The notes under the pieces were generated by a model, which saw nothing but the letters and a program-made list of their open reading frames with translations, ran no database searches and was not told where the DNA came from. A program made the translations under genes and the position numbers. A stretch of 63,855 nt of DNA, counting the filler, from Choristocarpus tenellus KU-1152 (Eukaryota > Protista > Phaeophyceae), in the NCBI GenBank assembly GCA_964200185.2. It is 9 parts of 9 records of this genome, joined end to end, with 100 filler letters (N's around TTAATTAATTAA, not from the genome) between each part and the next. Parts side by side here need not be neighbours in the genome. Positions count along the whole stretch, not along the records: positions 61,242 to 63,855 come from CAXNAD020026257.1; 8 more parts are not named here. One strand, given 5' to 3'. Shown here piece after piece: positions 62,930 through 63,855 of the stretch. How positions within the stretch are numbered: the first letter of the stretch is position 1; each line of letters starts with the position of its first letter.

Positions 62930-63770
62930 CCAGGCCAGTCAGTTAGCATGTCCACTGTCGCCAAACGGTCACGGACTGGTTCACGGCCTGTTGACGGTCT
63001 ATGGCTGTGGACTCATTCACATTAGAACTTGTTTGTACATGACTGACTGGTGGCCCCCATCATGTTGAGTTAGTGATGGCCATGGACTCGGCCATGTCAG
63101 AACATTTTGTCTATGGCCGGTCAGATAATATTATTTTACCACCACGCCAGCCACATCATCGCAATGCCTCCCTAATTCACTCTACTCGAATCTTGTATCC
63201 TATACTACCTCTGTGAGTACTCCAAATATACAATATATTAACTGATGTTTCTGCATTATTTGCTATTTTACTATTTTCACTATTTTCACTATTAAAAATA
63301 TATACTATTTAATTCAGGCAATTTATCATCCGTCTAAGGCAACTTAGCTTTCAATTTGCTGTTCACATTTTGTTGTTCCCATGGAACGACCAAACGAAAT
63401 TGACAGATGGACTTGTAGAACACGAAGTGGACATGGTCCAGACATGCCAGAAAAAAATGAACTGATCTGGACAGACGTGCAAGTAAAAAATGTTGTTCTG
63501 GCTGGTCGATGGACATGGACCAGTACAATATCCGGTGCCCATGGTCCGGACATGTCAGAGAATGTTTGACACGGTCTGGTCGGCGGACATGGATCGGTTC
63601 AATGACTAGTGGACATGGACCGGGACATGTTGAATAATTTTGGGACCGGTTCGGCTGGCGGACGGGATTTTTTTTTTAATTTACTGGTCCGATGAAAAGC
63701 CCTGGAAATTGTCCTTACATATCCGACACATTCACTCAGTTGACATGACATCAGTACAGGTTCACACAGG
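62930..63770. repeat. Degenerate repeat rich in GGACATGG/GACATGTCAGA motifs; related segment at ~20370-20490
   Basis: Recurrent GGACATGGAC, GGACATGTCAGA and TGGTCCAG motifs in both places; probably transposon subterminal repeats. Confidence 0.5.
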
Positions 63771-63855
63771 CCCCGAATGGACGCCTGACCCCCCCCCCCC
63801 ACTGGGATACTACGGGCCAATACATTGAATGCCGAGAAAGGTTTTTTCCTATTGC

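Overview
Eukaryotic, intron-rich DNA, most consistent with a stramenopile such as a brown alga (inference from gene content, intron style and TTAGGG tracts). It is not one continuous locus: eight identical 100-nt artificial spacers (N44-TTAATTAATTAA-N44) join nine contigs, so linkage across spacers cannot be assumed. Contig 1 (1-24642) holds an 11-exon, 5'-truncated chromatin gene (RING-PHD-PZP-Tudor-like-TFIIS central domain, about 1717 aa visible, all splice phases consistent), a convergent organelle-targeted RsmE gene, MITEs and an RTE-LINE fragment. Contig 2 holds a decayed Ty3/Gypsy 5' half, a truncated pogo-like transposon and the first 7 exons of a SCAR/WAVE gene. Contig 3 is a second copy of the Gypsy family (gag-PR-RT) with a Sola-like MITE insertion. 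Contig 5 contains a ~2.7-kb near-spacerless imperfect palindrome. Contig 6 contains a spliced ORF resembling a catalytically degenerate bacterial-type beta-class N4/N6 DNA methyltransferase. Contig 8 carries the 5' part of PRP6. The best leads are the methyltransferase-like ORF, the giant hairpin, the chromatin-reader domain fusion and a Gag with a CCCH finger. All family assignments were made by eye, without database searches.
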